From a bacterium (GTDB lineage Bacteria; Actinomycetota; Coriobacteriia; Coriobacteriales; Eggerthellaceae): a stretch of DNA of 64,000 bases. The stretch lies in assembly GCA_963588595.1 (NCBI GenBank), contig CAVAIA010000054.1, forward strand, positions 3,067-67,066. The letters are read 5' to 3'. Below the pieces are notes generated by a model. That model was given only the letters and a program-made list of their open reading frames with translations, was not told the DNA's origin and did not search any database. Made by a program: the position numbers and the translations under genes. Shown piece by piece: positions 47,025 through 56,982 of the stretch (within the stretch, counting starts at the first letter, position 1; each line of letters opens with the position of its first letter).

Positions 47025-48254
47025 TTAAAGGCCTTCGCAATAGTCGCGAGTGTAGATGTGCTTTTCGCTCTTCGGGAACATGTGTTCGTAGAGATTAACG
47101 AAATAGTTGTCTGTCATTGACGCGATATAGTCGCAAACAATTTTGTTTGGTTCCGTTTTTAGATACTCTTCGGTTGTGACGTAGTGAGAAGTTTCAACTA
47201 AGTTTTTAATGTGATGCCTAAAGATTGGGGAGGTCTCATCTCCTCTTCTCAAGTCTTCTAAGTTCTTTTCGTAGAGTTCATGGAACATCGATTGGACTTC
47301 CGAGAATGACTTTTCCAAGATCCCTTCTTTTGAGTAGATCCTCTCATAGTTTTGCTTCTTAGCGAGCTTTAAGTCTTGATAGACTTCTTCGCTCATTTGA
47401 ATTGAATCTTTAAAGTAAGAATGATTCACGATGTCAACAGTTAAATTGTTAATTATTTTTGCATTAGTTTTTCCTATGACAGTTGAGTCAAACTCGTCAA
47501 TCGAATTTAAAACATTCATCTTTAACGCATCATCGCGATCTTTTCCGATGTAGGCGATCATGTCGCTCACGCGAACGACGCATCCTTCAAGGGTTGCGGG
47601 TCTCAGCGTGTCGATGACCTTTTCATCGTTGTTGCACGCTTCAACAATGTCATCGAGCTCGTCAAAGGATTCAATTTCCCCTCGATAGACCACCTTTTGA
47701 GCGAATTCTCCATTGTGTTTAATTATTCCATCTAACGTTTGAAGTGATATGTTTCGTGGAAAGAGTTGATCTAAGACCCTGACGGAATGAACGTTGTGGT
47801 GAAAATATTTTCCAGTGTGGTCGTTGTAACATTCGCTTAAAAATCTCTCGCCCGCGTGACCGAAGGGTGTGTGGCCAAGGTCATGACCGAGGCTTATCGC
47901 GTCAATCAAATCAAGGTTGAGGCCAAGAAGTTGCCCAATTCCTCGCGCCACTCGATTGACAAGTTGAACATGCAAGCCGCGTCTTGTTATGTCGTCGTTT
48001 TCAAGGAGAGAGAAAACTTGCGTTTTTCCATTGTAGCGGTTGTATGCAGGCAGGTTTATTATTTTTTCAACGTCTCTCATAAATGCTGGGCGAGATAGCG
48101 TTGCCATGTCGTTTTTTAAGTTGTGACGGCGAACAATGTTTTCATCCTTAAACTTATATGGATTTTCGACGTGTTTTTCTCTGTCGCTTATAATTTGAGA
48201 CTCAACTTCTTTATCGAGTTGAAGGTATTTTATTTCAGAGTCTTTTAGGCTCAT
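47025..48254 (-). CDS. dgt: HD-domain dNTP triphosphohydrolase (dGTPase-like)
   Basis: TRRGLHVQLV..VAR.I, HDLGHTPFGHAGE, VRVSDMIAYIGKDRDD. Confidence 0.8.
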   Translation of the reverse strand: MSLKDSEIKYLQLDKEVESQIISDREKHVENPYKFKDENIVRRHNLKNDMATLSRPAFMRDVEKIINLPAYNRYNGKTQVFSLLENDDITRRGLHVQLVNRVARGIGQLLGLNLDLIDAISLGHDLGHTPFGHAGERFLSECYNDHTGKYFHHNVHSVRVLDQLFPRNISLQTLDGIIKHNGEFAQKVVYRGEIESFDELDDIVEACNNDEKVIDTLRPATLEGCVVRVSDMIAYIGKDRDDALKMNVLNSIDEFDSTVIGKTNAKIINNLTVDIVNHSYFKDSIQMSEEVYQDLKLAKKQNYERIYSKEGILEKSFSEVQSMFHELYEKNLEDLRRGDETSPIFRHHIKNLVETSHYVTTEEYLKTEPNKIVCDYIASMTDNYFVNLYEHMFPKSEKHIYTRDYCEGL

Positions 48255-48324
48255 ATAGCTTAATCTCCTTAATTGTTTTAGAATTATTTTATAACATGGA
48301 TAACCTTTTAGACGAGCACATAAG

Positions 48325-50196
48325 ATGATTTCAGAGACAGATATTCAAAAAGTTAGTGACGCGACTGATTTTGTTTCACTTGTTGCCGAGACAACTCAAG
48401 TTAAACAAAAAGGTCGTGATTTTTGGTGTTGTTGTCCATTCCACAAGGAAAAAACGCCATCTTGCAAAATTAATCCAACTGACAACATATGGCATTGTTT
48501 TGGTTGCGGAGAAGGTGGATCTGTTTTTACTTACGTTATGAAGTTGCATAACATGTCATTTGTGGAAGCAGTTCATTTTCTTGCTGATCGGGCACATATT
48601 GAGATCGCGGACACGGGCGCTAAGGGTTTAAACAAGGGCGAGAAAAATAAAATTTATGAGTGTGTGAATGAGGCGAAGGACTTTTTTTCAACTCAACTTA
48701 TGCGGGGGAAGAGCCAAGGGGCTGACAGCGCAAGAAAATATTTGTCAAAGAGAGGATTCGGAAGCGAAATTTCTCAAAGGTGGAGCCTTGGATATGCTCA
48801 AGGTTCTGGCACTTTAGTAAACCATTTGAAGAAAAAAGGATTTGAAGAAAGCATCATCGTTAAAGCGAATTTAGCGACCGCTAGAAATGGACGTGTTAAT
48901 GATCGATTTTTTAACAGAGTTATGTTCCCAATTTTTGACGAGAGAGGGACTTGCGTCGCTTTTGGAGGACGTGTTATTGGTCAAGGAGAGCCGAAATATT
49001 TGAACTCTTCCGAGACTCCAATTTTTCATAAGTCCAACATTTTGTTTGGGCTCAATTTCGCAAAAAATGAAATTGTAAAAAGCGGATATGCTGTTGTTGT
49101 TGAGGGCTACACTGACGTTATAGCGATGCATGAAGCAGGAATTAAAAACGTTGTTGCTACCCTTGGAACTGCATTGACTCTTCGCCATATAAAACTTTTG
49201 AGCAGGTATGCAAGTCAAAAAATCATCTATCTTTTCGACGGAGACGAAGCGGGCCAACGTGCAGCTGAACGCGCATGTGAGTTTATAGATTATCAAATGA
49301 CACCCGAAGCGGGAGAGAGCAGGTGCGATTTGCACGCAGCAACAATTCCTGAGAAGATGGACCCCGCTGAATTTATTGAAAATCAAGGAGCCGAGGCGAT
49401 GAGAGAAATTTTAGAAAACTCGCGCCCCTTAGTTGAGTTTGGCATTCAAAGAAGAATCGCAAAACATGACCTTTCAACTGCTGAAGGAAGGTCTAGGGCT
49501 CTCGTGGATGCTATATCAATCTTGGCCCCAATAAAAGACTCAATTCTTGCAAAGGACTATGCAGCGCAAATTGCAGCTTTAACAAGGGTGAGCGAAATTG
49601 ATGCGCAACGTCAACTTTCAAAGTTAAAGAAGCCTTCTCGTAATTTTCAAAAAGCGCCAAAAACTAATGAAAAGCCTAACAAAAGTGAAGAGGAAAAGGT
49701 TGAAAAAGATGCAAAGAGCCCAGCCGATTCAAATATTTTGAGCGAAGATATTAATAGATTGAATAATGAAGCAAAAGTTGTGTCTCTTTCAGTTCAAAAT
49801 CCGCTTTTTGTTTTAGAAAGTGCTGACACTTTGAAAAATATTGATTGGCAAAGCAAATTGCACAAAATGATAATTGATAAAACGCTCGATATCTTGTCTG
49901 ACGATTTGAATGTTTCCCAAGCGACTCTTTTGAATAAGGTTATATCTCAAGTTCCTAATAGCGAAAAAGTTGTGACTTCAACAATGACAAATGATGCAGA
50001 TGAGGCAAGGTTGCAATTCAACATGGCGGTGTTAAACTTAAAAATTAGCGATCTTCGAGAAGCTCAAAATGAACTCACTTTCAACCTTTCGAAGGTCGTT
50101 GACAAGCAAACTCACGATGAGATAGTTTCTGTTTTAAATGAAAACGCGAAGAGGCTCGAGGAATTGGCGCAAAAAGTTTTGATGGCGGAAAGTTAA
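48325..50196 (+). CDS. dnaG: DNA primase
   Basis: Zinc finger CCCPFHKEKTPSCKI....WHCFGCGEGG, RNAP domain, Toprim (VVVEGYTDVIA, LFDGDEAGQRAA). Confidence 0.95.
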   Translation: MISETDIQKVSDATDFVSLVAETTQVKQKGRDFWCCCPFHKEKTPSCKINPTDNIWHCFGCGEGGSVFTYVMKLHNMSFVEAVHFLADRAHIEIADTGAKGLNKGEKNKIYECVNEAKDFFSTQLMRGKSQGADSARKYLSKRGFGSEISQRWSLGYAQGSGTLVNHLKKKGFEESIIVKANLATARNGRVNDRFFNRVMFPIFDERGTCVAFGGRVIGQGEPKYLNSSETPIFHKSNILFGLNFAKNEIVKSGYAVVVEGYTDVIAMHEAGIKNVVATLGTALTLRHIKLLSRYASQKIIYLFDGDEAGQRAAERACEFIDYQMTPEAGESRCDLHAATIPEKMDPAEFIENQGAEAMREILENSRPLVEFGIQRRIAKHDLSTAEGRSRALVDAISILAPIKDSILAKDYAAQIAALTRVSEIDAQRQLSKLKKPSRNFQKAPKTNEKPNKSEEEKVEKDAKSPADSNILSEDINRLNNEAKVVSLSVQNPLFVLESADTLKNIDWQSKLHKMIIDKTLDILSDDLNVSQATLLNKVISQVPNSEKVVTSTMTNDADEARLQFNMAVLNLKISDLREAQNELTFNLSKVVDKQTHDEIVSVLNENAKRLEELAQKVLMAES

Positions 50197-50209
50197 GTGG
50201 TGAAGTTAA

Positions 50210-50749
50210 ATGAGCAAAATTGTTATATATCCAAATGAAAAGTTAAATCAAGTTTGCGATAATTGTGACTTAAACGACCCAAGGTTAGGCAAGTTGAGTA
50301 AAACGATGGCAAAGTTGATGTATAACAATTCTGGCGTCGGTTTGGCAGCTCCGCAAATTGGAGAAAACTTGAGACTTGTTGTTGTTGATTGCGATTATGA
50401 TATAGAAGATAACTCAACTCGCGATCCTCTCGTTTTGATCAATCCTGAGATAGTTTCTTTGTCCGGTGATTTTATAGATGACACGGAGGGGTGTCTTTCG
50501 TGTCCAGGAATAAGCGTGCACATTAAAAGGCAGCAATTTGCAACGGTCACTTATTACGACTTGAATGGGGACAAGTGGGAGATTGAGGCAGACGGGCTTT
50601 TGGCAAGATGCATTCAACATGAAGTTGACCATCTTAATGGCAAAACTTTATTTGAGGCTTGCGACCCGCAAGAACATCTTCGCGCACTAGCTGCTTATCA
50701 ACAAGCGCTTGCTGCGGGAGCTAAGCCTGGTCAAACAACTATAAAATAA
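50210..50749 (+). CDS. def: Peptide deformylase
   Basis: GVGLAAPQIG, EGCLSCPG, HEVDHLNG. Confidence 0.95.
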   Translation: MSKIVIYPNEKLNQVCDNCDLNDPRLGKLSKTMAKLMYNNSGVGLAAPQIGENLRLVVVDCDYDIEDNSTRDPLVLINPEIVSLSGDFIDDTEGCLSCPGISVHIKRQQFATVTYYDLNGDKWEIEADGLLARCIQHEVDHLNGKTLFEACDPQEHLRALAAYQQALAAGAKPGQTTIK

Positions 50750-50767
50750 GCGATAGCAATTGGAGAT

Positions 50768-51748
50768 ATGCCTATGAGAATCTTATTTATGGGAACGCCG
50801 AAGTTTGCGAGCGTGATTCTCGATTCTCTGTTCGATTGGGCGAGTAAAAACGGTTCTGAAATAGTTGGCGTTTTCACTAACGAGGACGCGAAGAGCAAAC
50901 GAGGTAACAAGCTCATTGCGTCGGCGGTCAAGGAAGTTGCGCTTGAACACGAATCGCCAATCTTTCAAGTTAAAACATTGCGTGATGAGGATGTCCAAAG
51001 TGAGATTAGGAAATTAAGCCCTGACGTTATATGTGTTGCTGCCTATTCAAAGCTCTTGCCTAAGGAAGTTCTTGAAATTCCAAGGCATGGATGCATAAAT
51101 GTTCATGCGTCTCTTCTTCCTTCATGGAGAGGGGCTGCCCCAATTGAGCGAGCAATTCTAGCAGGCGATGAGTTTGCAGGAGTTTCAATAATGAAAATGG
51201 AAGAAGGGCTTGACACAGGAGATTTTTGCAATCATAGAAAAACTCTAATTGGAGATAAAACAGACGATGAGTTAACTTTCGAGTTGGCTAAATTGGGCGC
51301 TGAGGCTTTGTGCGAGGTTCTAGAAGCTCTTAACTCTAACAATGGATTGAATTGGGAAAAGCAAGAGGACTTACTAAAGGGCAAAGAGCCAACTTATGCA
51401 AACAAGATTGAAAAGAAAGAAGTTCTAATTTCGGATGAGGATTGCGCGATTGTTGCTAAGAGAAAAGTTCAAGCTTCAAGCAAATCGCATCCAGCAAAAT
51501 GTTTGATAGATGAAAGACAAGTCACTATCACAAAGGCGCGTGTAGACCAAGGCTTAGAGCTCCAAGACTTCGAAAGGTCTCAAAATAATGTTTTGTGGAA
51601 AGATAAAAAACTTCACTTATTGATGAAGGACGGCGCGCTTGAGATTATGAATTTAAAGCCTGATGGCAAAAAAGAAATGGATGCTAAAAGCTTTGTTGCA
51701 GGTGCAAAAAGTGTTAGGGAAAACAAAGCTTATTGGAGCGCAATTTAA
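50768..51748 (+). CDS. fmt: Methionyl-tRNA formyltransferase
   Basis: RILFMGTPKFA, HASLLPSWRGAAPIERAI. SD spacing favours ATG 50774 as the true start. Confidence 0.9.
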   Translation: MPMRILFMGTPKFASVILDSLFDWASKNGSEIVGVFTNEDAKSKRGNKLIASAVKEVALEHESPIFQVKTLRDEDVQSEIRKLSPDVICVAAYSKLLPKEVLEIPRHGCINVHASLLPSWRGAAPIERAILAGDEFAGVSIMKMEEGLDTGDFCNHRKTLIGDKTDDELTFELAKLGAEALCEVLEALNSNNGLNWEKQEDLLKGKEPTYANKIEKKEVLISDEDCAIVAKRKVQASSKSHPAKCLIDERQVTITKARVDQGLELQDFERSQNNVLWKDKKLHLLMKDGALEIMNLKPDGKKEMDAKSFVAGAKSVRENKAYWSAI

Positions 51749-52986
51749 TGACCGCTGAGCTTTCTCCCTCAAGAATCGCTGCGCTTAAAACTCTTCTTGA
51801 GGCTAAGGATGAGGGGCAATTTGAGTCAAGTTATGTCTTTGATATTGCAAAAGATATGCATTTGAGCGAGCGGGATAAAGCTTTTGCTGCCAAGCTTGTT
51901 AAGGGAGTTTTGTGTTATTCTTTGCCACTTGAGATCGCGATTCATTCTATTTGCGAAAAGGGAACAAGAATTAAGAGAAAAGTCATGGTGGCTCTAAAAA
52001 TTTCAGCTTATGAAATTTGTTATTTGAAAAAAGAGAAACATGTTTCAGTTAACCAAGGTGTTGAGCTTGTTAAGTCAATTTCTAAAAATGCGGCGGGATT
52101 AGCTAATTTTATTTTGAGGAGGATCGATGAGAATTGTTTGCCAAAAGAAGAGAGCTTAGCGCTTGGATTTTCTAGCGAGATGGCAAGTTTCCTTGAAAAA
52201 GAGATGGGAGAAAACGAAGCGCTTGAGTTTATGAGGATGAGTTGCTTTGAGCCAAAGCTTAGTTTTGAGAAGAACTTTAATGTTGTTGAAGCCGATGATT
52301 CGAAACAAGAGCAAGACGCCACTGAAATAATTAAAAACGCTAAAAGTGGCAAAGTTATTATTGCAGACGACGCTGCAATCGAAATAGCAAAAAGTTTTGC
52401 AAATCGATCTATCAAAGCAAATGAGGTGCCAAAAATATTAGAAGTTGGAGCTGGAAGGGGAACTAAAACAGCGTTAATTCAATCTTTTTTTGCGAGTAAA
52501 GGAGCAAGTTTTGGTGAGTATGACGTCCTCGATTCTTCTGAGAGACGCCTTTTACAACTTAAGAGCCGGATAAAGGGAAGCGCTCTTAAGGTAGATGAGA
52601 TTATAAACGCAGATGCATCAACTTTTAGATTTGCAGATGATCAAGAAAGCCACTTATATGATGCGATCTTTATTGATGCGCCATGTTCGGGACTTGGGAC
52701 TCTAAGGCGTCATCCTGAGATTAAAACGAGGTTTAATGTTAGAGAAATTCATGAGTTTGCAAAGATTGATTTAGCGATTTTAAAAAACATTTCAACGTAC
52801 GTTAAAAGAAAAGGTTTCATTTATTATTCGACGTGCACAATCACTAAGGAAGAGAACATTTGCGTTATAAATGAATTTCTAAGTGGAACTTTAGGAAAGG
52901 GATTTACGCTGGAAGAGATTGTTAGCGATGCAAAGTTGACCGAGCAAAGAGATGCGCATTTTTGCGTTTGCTTAAAAAAGCTTTAA
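51748..52986 (+). CDS. rsmB: 16S rRNA (cytosine967-C5)-methyltransferase RsmB/Sun family
   Basis: NusB-like N-domain, SAM site EVGAGRGTKT, catalytic IDAPCSGLGTLRRHPE and YSTCT. Preferred start is the ATG overlapping the fmt stop (TAATG). Confidence 0.85.
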   Translation: MTAELSPSRIAALKTLLEAKDEGQFESSYVFDIAKDMHLSERDKAFAAKLVKGVLCYSLPLEIAIHSICEKGTRIKRKVMVALKISAYEICYLKKEKHVSVNQGVELVKSISKNAAGLANFILRRIDENCLPKEESLALGFSSEMASFLEKEMGENEALEFMRMSCFEPKLSFEKNFNVVEADDSKQEQDATEIIKNAKSGKVIIADDAAIEIAKSFANRSIKANEVPKILEVGAGRGTKTALIQSFFASKGASFGEYDVLDSSERRLLQLKSRIKGSALKVDEIINADASTFRFADDQESHLYDAIFIDAPCSGLGTLRRHPEIKTRFNVREIHEFAKIDLAILKNISTYVKRKGFIYYSTCTITKEENICVINEFLSGTLGKGFTLEEIVSDAKLTEQRDAHFCVCLKKL

Positions 52987-53044
52987 TATATTTTATTTAA
53001 ATGGACTAAAATTTTTGAGTGCGAAACTAAAGGAGGAGTTATAA

Positions 53045-53728
53045 ATGCAAGTTGAACTTTTATATCACACGCCAAACGTTGAGAGAGCAGTTGCGACTGC
53101 GGCAAGACTTTGTTATGCCCCTGTTGGAGCCTCCGAGCTCATGGAGTCGATGGACGATGATAGGGTGAAGAGTGTCCTTGCAACAATCATGAAAGGCGGT
53201 CATTTTTCAACGCTGGAGCATGCCTCCTACACTTTTGCGGTGGATGGCGTTTCAAGGGCATTGACCCACCAACTTGTTCGTCATAGAATAGCAAGCTTCA
53301 ACCAACAATCTCAAAGATACGTTAAGTTTGACGATGGATTTAACTACATAGAGCCAACTTCTGTCGAGCAAAATGTTGAGGCTCACAAAATTTTTAGCGA
53401 ATGCATGGACTCTTGCGCTGAAGCTTACGAAAAGTTAAGAGAGCTTGGAGTTATTGCAGAGGATGCTAGATTTGTTCTTCCTAATGCAGCGGAAACAAAA
53501 ATAGTTATAACGATGAATGTTAGAGAGCTTCTTCATTTCTTTGAGCTTAGATGTTGCAATCGTGCACAATGGGAGATTCGACAATTGGCTCATAAAATGC
53601 TCGAGCTCGTTCGTCCAACTGCGCCTTATATTTTTATGGATGCGGGGGCTCCTTGCGTCCATGGACCTTGTCATGAGGGAAAAATGAGTTGCAAAAATCC
53701 TTATCCTAAAGTTGAGCGAACGTTCTAA
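53045..53728 (+). CDS. thyX: Flavin-dependent thymidylate synthase
   Basis: ThyX motif RHRIASFNQQSQRY. Confidence 0.95.
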   Translation: MQVELLYHTPNVERAVATAARLCYAPVGASELMESMDDDRVKSVLATIMKGGHFSTLEHASYTFAVDGVSRALTHQLVRHRIASFNQQSQRYVKFDDGFNYIEPTSVEQNVEAHKIFSECMDSCAEAYEKLRELGVIAEDARFVLPNAAETKIVITMNVRELLHFFELRCCNRAQWEIRQLAHKMLELVRPTAPYIFMDAGAPCVHGPCHEGKMSCKNPYPKVERTF

Positions 53729-53745
53729 TCAGAATAGAGGAGAGA

Positions 53746-56247
53746 ATGCGTTTAATAATTACCGAGAAAAATGATGCAGCGAAACAAATTTCAAACATTT
53801 TAGGTAATGGGAAGGCTCGCGCCGATAAAGTTTATAAAACGCCCGTTTATCGTTTTGAATGGGATGGAGATGAGTGCGTTGCGATCGGTCTTCGAGGGCA
53901 CATCCTAGAACCAAATTTCGTTGATAACATTCAATGGAATAAATCGCGTGGATGGTTTTCTAAAACCGAAGAGTTTGGCAGGATTGAGGCGGACATTCCA
54001 AAGAGCCTTGCAACTCCACCTTTTAAGAAGAAAAAGCCTTTTATGGTTGACGGAGTTGATTTAAAAGGTTGGAAGATGGAAGCGCTGCCCTATCTTGTCT
54101 ATTCTCCGATAGTTAAGCTTCCAAAAGAAAAAGAGATTATTCGCTCGCTCAAGAATTTGGCAAAAAAGAGTGATGTTGTCGTCATAGGCACCGACTTCGA
54201 CCGCGAGGGAGAACTCATCGGCAAGGATGCGATGAACGTTTGTCTCGAAGTCAATCCTGACGTTCAAATTTTTCGTTCCAGATATTCTTCGTTTACAAAA
54301 CAAGAGATAACGGAGTCTTTTGAAAACCTTGTTGACGTTGACGAATGTTTAGCTAGCGCTGGGCGAACGAGGCAAGACATCGACTTGATTTGGGGAGCTG
54401 TTTTAACTCGCTACCTAACACTTGCAAGGTTTGCAGGCTATGGCAACGTTAGGAGTTCTGGTCGTGTTCAAACTCCAACTCTTGCGCTCGTTGTTGCGAA
54501 AGAGAGAGAGCGCCAAGCGTTTGTCCCTGAGAAGTTTTGGGTGTTAAATGCGCAAGTCGACGCTTCTTCAGAGATTGGGCCAACCGGCAACGACGCCGAA
54601 GATTGTGATGAAGTGTTTGAGTGCACTCATGAAGAAGGTCGTTTCTTTGACGAAAGAAAAGCTAAGAAAGCTTATGAGAATGTAAAAGAGGCAAAAAGCG
54701 CTGTTGTTGAAACAATAGAGAAGAAGTCAAGGAAGGTTATGCCTCCAGCTCCTTTTAATACAACTTCACTAATGGCCGCCGCAAGCGCTGAGGGCATAAC
54801 TCCTGCTAGGTGCATGAGAATTGCAGAAAGCCTTTATATGCAAGGGTTCATTTCCTATCCAAGGGTTGACAACACTGTCTATCCAAAAACGCTAAATTTG
54901 TCAGAAATTGTTTCTAATTTGTCATCAAATCCTGCATATCGTCCCTATTGTGAAAAACTTCTTGGTGCAGGAAGTTTGACGGCAACGAGAGGCAAGAAGG
55001 AAACGACTGACCACCCACCGATTTACCCAGTTAAAGGGGCAACTGCAGATGACATGGACGCTGGTTCTTTTAGGCTCTACAACCTCATTGCGCGAAGGTT
55101 TTTGGCAACCCTTTCTGGAGCTGCAACTGTTGAGGGGACAAAGATCACTCTCGATGTCAATGGAGAGGCATTTAACAAAAAGGGAGATGTTCTAGTTGTT
55201 TCAGGTTTTAGGGAGATATACCCTTATGGTTTGAAGAAGGATGAGCAATTGCCTCATTTAGCGGAGGGTCAAAAAATTGCCGTCAATGCGGTTGGTTTGA
55301 AAGAGGATCAAACGAAACCTCCTGCGAGATATTCTAGCGGACGTCTCATTCAAGAGATGGAAAAAAATGGGCTTGGAACGAAGGCAACGAGGCATTCAAT
55401 TATTGAGCGTCTTGCGCAAGTTAAATATATACAAAATGATCCGATTGAGCCGACGCAACTCGGAATAGCTGTTATCGATGCCCTAGGAGCTTATGCACCT
55501 CACATAACTCACCCTGAGATGACAGCTGAGCTAGAGCAAGGAATGGATGCGATCGCAGAGGGCAAAGACACTCGACAAAGCGTTGTTAAAAGCTCGAGGG
55601 ATCATCTCTTAAGCGAGTTAGACACATTAATTCCGCACGCAAGCGATGTTGGAGATGCTCTAACGGATGCGGTTAGCGCAGATGCTTATGTTGGAAAGTG
55701 CCCTAAATGCGGGCATGATCTTCAATTGAAGGCCTCTGCAAAAACAAGATCCATGTTCATAGGATGCGCTGGCTGGCCTGATTGTGATGTAACTTACCCA
55801 CTTCCTTCTGGAAAGGTCGAGAGCACGGAAGAGAAATGTCCCATTTGCGGAATGCCTCAAGTTAAAGTGACTCAATTTAGAACAAAGCCTAGGATGATGT
55901 GTATAGATCCGAATTGTTCTTCTAACCACGAGCCAGAGGTTATCGTTGGGAAATGCCCTAATTGCAAAGCAAAGGGTCTTGATAAGAATTTGATTGCAAG
56001 AAGAAATCCAAAAACTTTGAAGAGGAGTGTCACTTGCGAAAACTTCGAGGAGTGCCAAACAAGATATCCATTGCCTCCAAATGGACAAATAACGAGCACC
56101 GACAAAGTTTGCGAGAGTTGTGGCGCACCGATAGTTTGCGTTACAACCAACAGAGGTCCATGGGAGCTTTGCCCTAACTTCGATTGTCCTTCTAAGGAAG
56201 AAGAAAAAGAGAATAAGGGCAAAAAGAGAAAAGCTAAAAAGAAATAG
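53746..56247 (+). CDS. Type IA DNA topoisomerase with Topo III/archaeal-like signatures and four C-terminal zinc ribbons
   Basis: Toprim MRLIITEKNDAAKQI and GTDFDREGELIG. Active-site Tyr context GFISYPRVDN. Four Cys4 ribbons: CPKCG..CAGWPDC, CPICG..CIDPNC, CPNCK..CENFEEC, CESCG..CPNFDC. Confidence 0.85.
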   Translation: MRLIITEKNDAAKQISNILGNGKARADKVYKTPVYRFEWDGDECVAIGLRGHILEPNFVDNIQWNKSRGWFSKTEEFGRIEADIPKSLATPPFKKKKPFMVDGVDLKGWKMEALPYLVYSPIVKLPKEKEIIRSLKNLAKKSDVVVIGTDFDREGELIGKDAMNVCLEVNPDVQIFRSRYSSFTKQEITESFENLVDVDECLASAGRTRQDIDLIWGAVLTRYLTLARFAGYGNVRSSGRVQTPTLALVVAKERERQAFVPEKFWVLNAQVDASSEIGPTGNDAEDCDEVFECTHEEGRFFDERKAKKAYENVKEAKSAVVETIEKKSRKVMPPAPFNTTSLMAAASAEGITPARCMRIAESLYMQGFISYPRVDNTVYPKTLNLSEIVSNLSSNPAYRPYCEKLLGAGSLTATRGKKETTDHPPIYPVKGATADDMDAGSFRLYNLIARRFLATLSGAATVEGTKITLDVNGEAFNKKGDVLVVSGFREIYPYGLKKDEQLPHLAEGQKIAVNAVGLKEDQTKPPARYSSGRLIQEMEKNGLGTKATRHSIIERLAQVKYIQNDPIEPTQLGIAVIDALGAYAPHITHPEMTAELEQGMDAIAEGKDTRQSVVKSSRDHLLSELDTLIPHASDVGDALTDAVSADAYVGKCPKCGHDLQLKASAKTRSMFIGCAGWPDCDVTYPLPSGKVESTEEKCPICGMPQVKVTQFRTKPRMMCIDPNCSSNHEPEVIVGKCPNCKAKGLDKNLIARRNPKTLKRSVTCENFEECQTRYPLPPNGQITSTDKVCESCGAPIVCVTTNRGPWELCPNFDCPSKEEEKENKGKKRKAKKK

Positions 56248-56282
56248 CAAGAGAAGGCGTCGCTTTTATTAAAAGAGTGCTC

Positions 56283-56981
56283 ATGGAGAATTCTTCGGGA
56301 AAATTTATAACTTTTGAAGGTGCCGACGGAGTTGGAAAATCAACCCAAGTCGCTTTCGTTGCGGACTTGCTAGGTGAGCTTGGCTTTGACGTTTTACTCG
56401 TTCGTGAACCGGGAGGGACGAAGATTGGCGAGAAAGTAAGAGAAATCCTCCTTGATGTTGACAACAAGGAGATGACTGACGAAAGTGAGCTTATGCTCTA
56501 CCTTGCTGCAAGATCGCAAATTGTTAATGAGGTCATAATTCCAGCTCTTGATAAAGAGAAAATAGTTCTTTGTGATCGCTTTTTCGATTCAACGCTTGCT
56601 TATCAAGGTTTTGGCAGAGGCCTTGACAAAGAATTTATAAAGGAAGCCAATAAGTTTGTTTGTAATGGGTTAATGCCTGACTTAACGATTTTGTTTTACA
56701 TACCTGCTGAGATGAGAAAAGCAAGGCTAGACAAAAGAGAGGCAGCTGACAGAATCGAGAGCGCAGGAAGAGAGTTTGGCGAGAGAGTAGCCGATGGGTT
56801 TTTAAAGATTGCTGATGAGGATTGCAACAAAAAAAGAATTGTGAAAGTTAACACAAGTGGCAAGCATAGCCAAAGTGCTCTTTTAACGTTAAAAGCGCTT
56901 CGCGAGATAATTGATTTTGATGTTGACTCTCAAGTTGTTAAATGCGCTCTTGACAAGTTAGATGAGGCGCACAAGCATTGA
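56283..56981 (+). CDS. tmk: Thymidylate kinase
   Basis: P-loop FITFEGADGVGKSTQ, DRFFDSTLAYQG. The track start GTG 56277 is an alternative. Confidence 0.9.
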   Translation: MENSSGKFITFEGADGVGKSTQVAFVADLLGELGFDVLLVREPGGTKIGEKVREILLDVDNKEMTDESELMLYLAARSQIVNEVIIPALDKEKIVLCDRFFDSTLAYQGFGRGLDKEFIKEANKFVCNGLMPDLTILFYIPAEMRKARLDKREAADRIESAGREFGERVADGFLKIADEDCNKKRIVKVNTSGKHSQSALLTLKALREIIDFDVDSQVVKCALDKLDEAHKH

Positions 56982-56982
56982 T

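Noticed and set aside
47025-48254. dGTPase as an anti-phage dNTP-depletion defence gene
   Set aside because: It sits next to dnaG, the conserved housekeeping position for dgt in Gram-positive and actinobacterial genomes. It has no flanking mobile or defence genes, so the housekeeping dNTPase reading is more parsimonious.
55660-56250. 196-aa antisense ORF opposite the topoisomerase zinc-ribbon region
   Set aside because: It lies entirely within a well-supported CDS on the other strand. Its Cys/Arg-rich composition mirrors the zinc-ribbon codons.
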